This document shows, piece after piece, positions 54,279 to 57,715 of a DNA stretch of 57,715 bases; the first letter of the stretch is position 1, and every line of letters starts with the position of its first letter. The stretch comes from a virus (Duplodnaviria; Caudoviricetes): the IMG/VR virus record IMGVR_UViG_3300030376_003804, positions 1 to 57,715 of that record. The stretch is one strand, 5' to 3'. The notes under the pieces are model-generated. The model did not search any database, had not been told where the DNA came from, and was given only the letters and a program-made list of their open reading frames with translations. The position numbers and the translations under genes were made by a program.

Positions 54279-55255
54279 TAGCTGTAAGCCCTCCTACGTG
54301 AATCGTTGCGTCCGCGTGTTCGAACACAATCAAAAATAATGTAACCGTCTGTCATATCTTTCAAGGAATGTACGTGCCATGATACTGATTTATAATACTC
54401 GACTTCTTTCAACTCGACTGTATCTGAATTGTCTGCAGAAAACATAATTTGAAACGCCTGTGCATTAGCTTCTACATTAAAACTAGAACCCGTAGTTATG
54501 GTCACACCATAACGACTGCCTGTTTGATAAATACTGCTACCTGTGGTCAACAGACTTCCTGTTAAAAAAGGTACGTCAACTGTAAGCCATGTATTATCTA
54601 TAGGAATAAAATTATCATTGTTATAATCTATATACTTAGTGCTGTCTTTATTGCCTCCATTGTAGCTTCTAAAATTATTCAATTGTATACTACCTGAACC
54701 TCTTATTTTAAATCTTATTCTATCTGCTTCTAAACTATTTGCATTACCTGTGTGTGTAAAAGATGAATCGCCGTTGACTGTAAGTTTTACTGATTCACCA
54801 TCAGAAGATATAACTCCAGAACCATTTTTTATCCATCCAGTGGTGCCACTAGTAGGAACACTATAAATAGTTCTATAGTTTGTAATTAATCTATCCCACC
54901 CTTCTATCTCATTGAAATTGGTATTGTTGTCTTGGTCAAAATTAGGAATGTTTTTTATAGTAGTTATATTTGGAGTGTAAATTCTAGCAGCTCCAATAAT
55001 GTTGCTGCCTTGCTTTTGTTGTTGATAATCTGCAGTTACTGCAGGTCTAATAATTGCAGGTAAATCTGGTATTAAAATTTCAGGTGAAGCTGCTGATGTT
55101 CCGGATGGAACTCCATAATCATCTGTATCGAAAATAGCTGGTCTATGATAAGTTACTTTTTGTGCCTGTTCGGTTCTATATCGTAGCGCGCGAAAAACTC
55201 TATTCATGTTCAAGGCACCGGGTCGGACACCTTGAGAACCAATCAGACCGGGCAC
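54278..55255 (-). CDS. Head-closure-like protein with inserted beta-rich domain
   Basis: DDYG.P motif near the N-terminus; position after the adaptor; GGAGGT SD before GTG. Confidence 0.5.
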   Translation of the reverse strand: MPGLIGSQGVRPGALNMNRVFRALRYRTEQAQKVTYHRPAIFDTDDYGVPSGTSAASPEILIPDLPAIIRPAVTADYQQQKQGSNIIGAARIYTPNITTIKNIPNFDQDNNTNFNEIEGWDRLITNYRTIYSVPTSGTTGWIKNGSGVISSDGESVKLTVNGDSSFTHTGNANSLEADRIRFKIRGSGSIQLNNFRSYNGGNKDSTKYIDYNNDNFIPIDNTWLTVDVPFLTGSLLTTGSSIYQTGSRYGVTITTGSSFNVEANAQAFQIMFSADNSDTVELKEVEYYKSVSWHVHSLKDMTDGYIIFDCVRTRGRNDSRRRAYS

Positions 55256-55737
55256 TAATAACCTCCACTTCCGTCACTAGTACCTTGAGGTACTGGATAC
55301 ATATTTTTAGTGGCATCATTACCTTTGACGTTTTTGTCCCAGTTGACATTACCTGTGTATGGGTCTGCATTGTAGCTAGTTGTTTTGATACTGAGTGCAT
55401 TTTTCATAACTAGTTGTTGTTCTGCTAGTTGTTTAAAATGTACATAAGCATCGTCTTCGTAATAAACAGCTAAGTCTCCAACTTGTATTCTTTCTATACC
55501 CATACCATTTTGTGCAATAGATGCTAGATAACAACTGTAATAACATACAGCCATATCATAAGCTGCTGCTGAACTAGTTACATCATAAGCTACTCCGATT
55601 TGTTCTTCAAACCATTCACTGGATATACTAATTAGAATATCTAAAGTATCATTATCTAATTCTTCTTGTTCAATACCAGCTAAGAGCCTAATACGGTCTC
55701 TCAGTCCGGCTAGTGTTGTTATACTTGTTATTGCCAT
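55255..55737 (-). CDS. Head-tail adaptor candidate
   Basis: LRDRIRLLAG...IQVGDLAVYY pattern; TAATG coupling sets the start at 55737. Confidence 0.6.
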   Translation of the reverse strand: MAITSITTLAGLRDRIRLLAGIEQEELDNDTLDILISISSEWFEEQIGVAYDVTSSAAAYDMAVCYYSCYLASIAQNGMGIERIQVGDLAVYYEDDAYVHFKQLAEQQLVMKNALSIKTTSYNADPYTGNVNWDKNVKGNDATKNMYPVPQGTSDGSGGY

Positions 55738-55943
55738 TACATCATCCCCCATGCACCTACACCTGTAGCTGCGGAAAGTGCAACACCAACAAGCCATCGT
55801 ACTTGTCTTTTTATATCTTCTTCCCACATCTCATGGTGGTGTAAGTGATTCGTAAAGAGTGTTTCGAATTTTTCCATTCTATTAAAAATGGTGTTGACGC
55901 GTTCGTCTATGCGAATCAGTAGTTCTTTATCTGTTGAGTCCAT
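55737..55943 (-). CDS. Small coiled-coil plus TM protein (holin/XhlA-like)
   Basis: LIRIDER..., NHLHH, C-terminal hydrophobic helix. Confidence 0.6.
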   Translation of the reverse strand: MDSTDKELLIRIDERVNTIFNRMEKFETLFTNHLHHHEMWEEDIKRQVRWLVGVALSAATGVGAWGMM

Positions 55944-55957
55944 ATTTAAACCTTTCC

Positions 55958-57715
55958 TTAAGAGTTAATCAACTCCGTATTTTTATCTAAATCACGACCT
56001 AATATTACATCTCTATCGTCTGCTGTATCGAAATCTAATTGTTGGTCGTGGTCAACTGTTGGAAACTGTTGATGTATTTCTCCTGTACAATTTATGACTT
56101 GTCCTGTAACTGACAGTTCTTCGTTTGTAACATTTAGGTTTTCTACTTTACCTACTATTACAAAGTTATTTTGAGATTCGAAAGTTGTAGCCGCTGAGGA
56201 ACCTAATATTGTAGTTCCCGGTCCTCCATCAATAGTAACTCCGCTCTCACTTGTTAAACCCGATGTGTGTGATAATACCAAAGTAGAACCAACTAGACTT
56301 AATGTACCTGTTCCCTTCATTTCAAGTAATTTTGATGTTATTGTATTACCACTAGCATTAAAGGTTGTACCGCTTCTTACTTCTAATTCTGTTGTAACTG
56401 TAAGGTCTCCTGTTGCTACTACTGTATTTCCTGAACCTACTTCTAAAAATACTCTTGGAGTAGTACAAGCTGGAAGATTTATACTTCCTGCCTGCCTAAA
56501 TCTTAAACTGTAAAGACCTGCTATGCCTGTTGCTGGAGTTCCAATCGTTATTACTGTATTAGAATTATCAGTTATTACTATTTGTTCTTGGGAAGTTGAA
56601 GACAATGTTTTAGAAGCTGCTACTGTAAAATCTCCTTTTGGCAGTAATCCATCGTCGTTTCCTGCTATGTCGTTTAACGTAACAGTTCCATTAATTATTA
56701 AATCATATACCGTTTCTTCACCAGTGTAATTAATCTTCTTACTAGTTCCCGTCATTGTAAGATTAGAAGTGCCTTGTGTAAATGTTCCTGCCCCTACCCA
56801 GTTTGGTGCAGCTCCGGGATTAGATAGTACACCATCTCTTGATGCCGTCCCTTCTTTGTTGTCAACAGTGTCACCAGCACCGCCTGTGCCTTCATCAAAC
56901 TGATACATCACTTGTAAACCTGTTGTGCTAGCCATATTGCCGTGCGTGTTAAACATATCAGCTCTAAGTTGTGCGGGTGTTCTTGCAGTGTTAAATATAC
57001 GATACATATAGAACTGTCCTTTGAATCCCATATAACCTGACCTGATAGTATCTTTAGCAGTGTTTTGCCAACTAATTCCTAAATCAGGGTCTGCCCCTAC
57101 AGTTCCTAAATCAACTCCAGTTCCTAATGTATTTTCACCAACTAATTTACCATCGTGATAAATCTGTAACAAGTTTTCACTGTCATCAAATACTAAAGCA
57201 ATATGATTCATTTTACCAATGTTAACTGGAAAGTTAATTGAACGATTATTCTCGTGTGAGTTAAAATTAAAAGTATCATTAGTAAGATGGTCAAGCTGCC
57301 ATCGGTTTGTCTGAACAGCATAACCGTTAATGACTCCTGCTATTTTAGCATCTCCAGATTTACTTTCAGGATTTATCCACATTTCAATAGTTGCATCTGA
57401 ATTTTGTAAATTTGACAAATCATACGGAACATCTAAAAATGTAAAGGGTGAAGAAGTTGCTGTGCTGCCATCAAAATCAAGCCCACTCAATCCAATAAGG
57501 CCACCACTGGTAGTAAAATCTCCTGATACGGTAAGTTCGCTTCCATTGGCTGTAAGGGTTCCTCCTGTAGCAATAGTCATATCCGAAGCATTAACATCAT
57601 AATTGCTAGCAGTTGTAGAAAGTGTACCTGCACCAATTATTACTTTTTTCATGTCACTATCTAAATCTTGGTTGCCATTTGCTGTGATTGTCCCAGACGA
57701 ATTGATTACTACATT
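55958..57715 (-). CDS. Partial LamG-domain virion protein (starts beyond the right edge)
   Basis: TIEMWI...HIALV...IYHDG...FKG....RIFN.AR and YQFDEG.G motifs; frame is open from 57652 to the window end. Confidence 0.8.
   Translation of the reverse strand, partial: NVVINSSGTITANGNQDLDSDMKKVIIGAGTLSTTASNYDVNASDMTIATGGTLTANGSELTVSGDFTTSGGLIGLSGLDFDGSTATSSPFTFLDVPYDLSNLQNSDATIEMWINPESKSGDAKIAGVINGYAVQTNRWQLDHLTNDTFNFNSHENNRSINFPVNIGKMNHIALVFDDSENLLQIYHDGKLVGENTLGTGVDLGTVGADPDLGISWQNTAKDTIRSGYMGFKGQFYMYRIFNTARTPAQLRADMFNTHGNMASTTGLQVMYQFDEGTGGAGDTVDNKEGTASRDGVLSNPGAAPNWVGAGTFTQGTSNLTMTGTSKKINYTGEETVYDLIINGTVTLNDIAGNDDGLLPKGDFTVAASKTLSSTSQEQIVITDNSNTVITIGTPATGIAGLYSLRFRQAGSINLPACTTPRVFLEVGSGNTVVATGDLTVTTELEVRSGTTFNASGNTITSKLLEMKGTGTLSLVGSTLVLSHTSGLTSESGVTIDGGPGTTILGSSAATTFESQNNFVIVGKVENLNVTNEELSVTGQVINCTGEIHQQFPTVDHDQQLDFDTADDRDVILGRDLDKNTELINS

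Noticed and set aside
38258-57602. Plus-strand ORFs over the tail genes (e.g. 51369-52031)
   Set aside because: Antisense shadows lacking SD, promoter or motif support.
1-57715. Bacterial phage, haloarchaeal virus or integrated provirus
   Set aside because: BRE/TATA promoters, aIF-1A and the PriS-PriL primase point to archaea. Low GC and a non-acidic proteome argue against haloarchaea. No integrase, att site or flanking host genes were seen.

Overview
This window is most of the genome of a tailed (siphovirus-type, HK97-fold) archaeal virus. It is AT-rich with a non-acidic proteome and has archaeal BRE/TATA promoters, aIF-1A, a PriS-PriL primase, an Hjc-like resolvase and PolB. It most resembles the magroviruses of Marine Group II Euryarchaeota (Poseidoniales); that assignment is inference, not a database result. 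Layout: minus-strand head and packaging genes (1-11045), a plus-strand early/replication arm (11290-37987) and minus-strand neck and tail genes (37984-57715). Both edges cut through fibre-like genes. The most unusual part is the early region. Four tandem modules (12518-15274) each open with a TTTTCCAC-N4-GTGAAAAAA inverted repeat and carry exactly two near-identical leaderless promoters driving microproteins. Three of these modules end in a 220-335 nt structured non-coding RNA candidate, and one promoter fires directly into an RNA instead of an ATG. A fourth structured RNA candidate with a pseudoknot lies at 20.0-20.2 kb. The virus also encodes Sm-like, WYL-like and aIF-1A proteins. Other signals are a dispersed ATAAGCTCTATA element at four loci (one inside the primase gene), local CTCAG/CTGAG enrichment, apparent GATC avoidance, a compact phytoene/squalene synthase, a -1 frameshift in the tail chaperone, duplicated tail-tube genes and a cluster of protamine-like basic proteins. 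All family calls are by-eye motif recognition and all counts are by hand.
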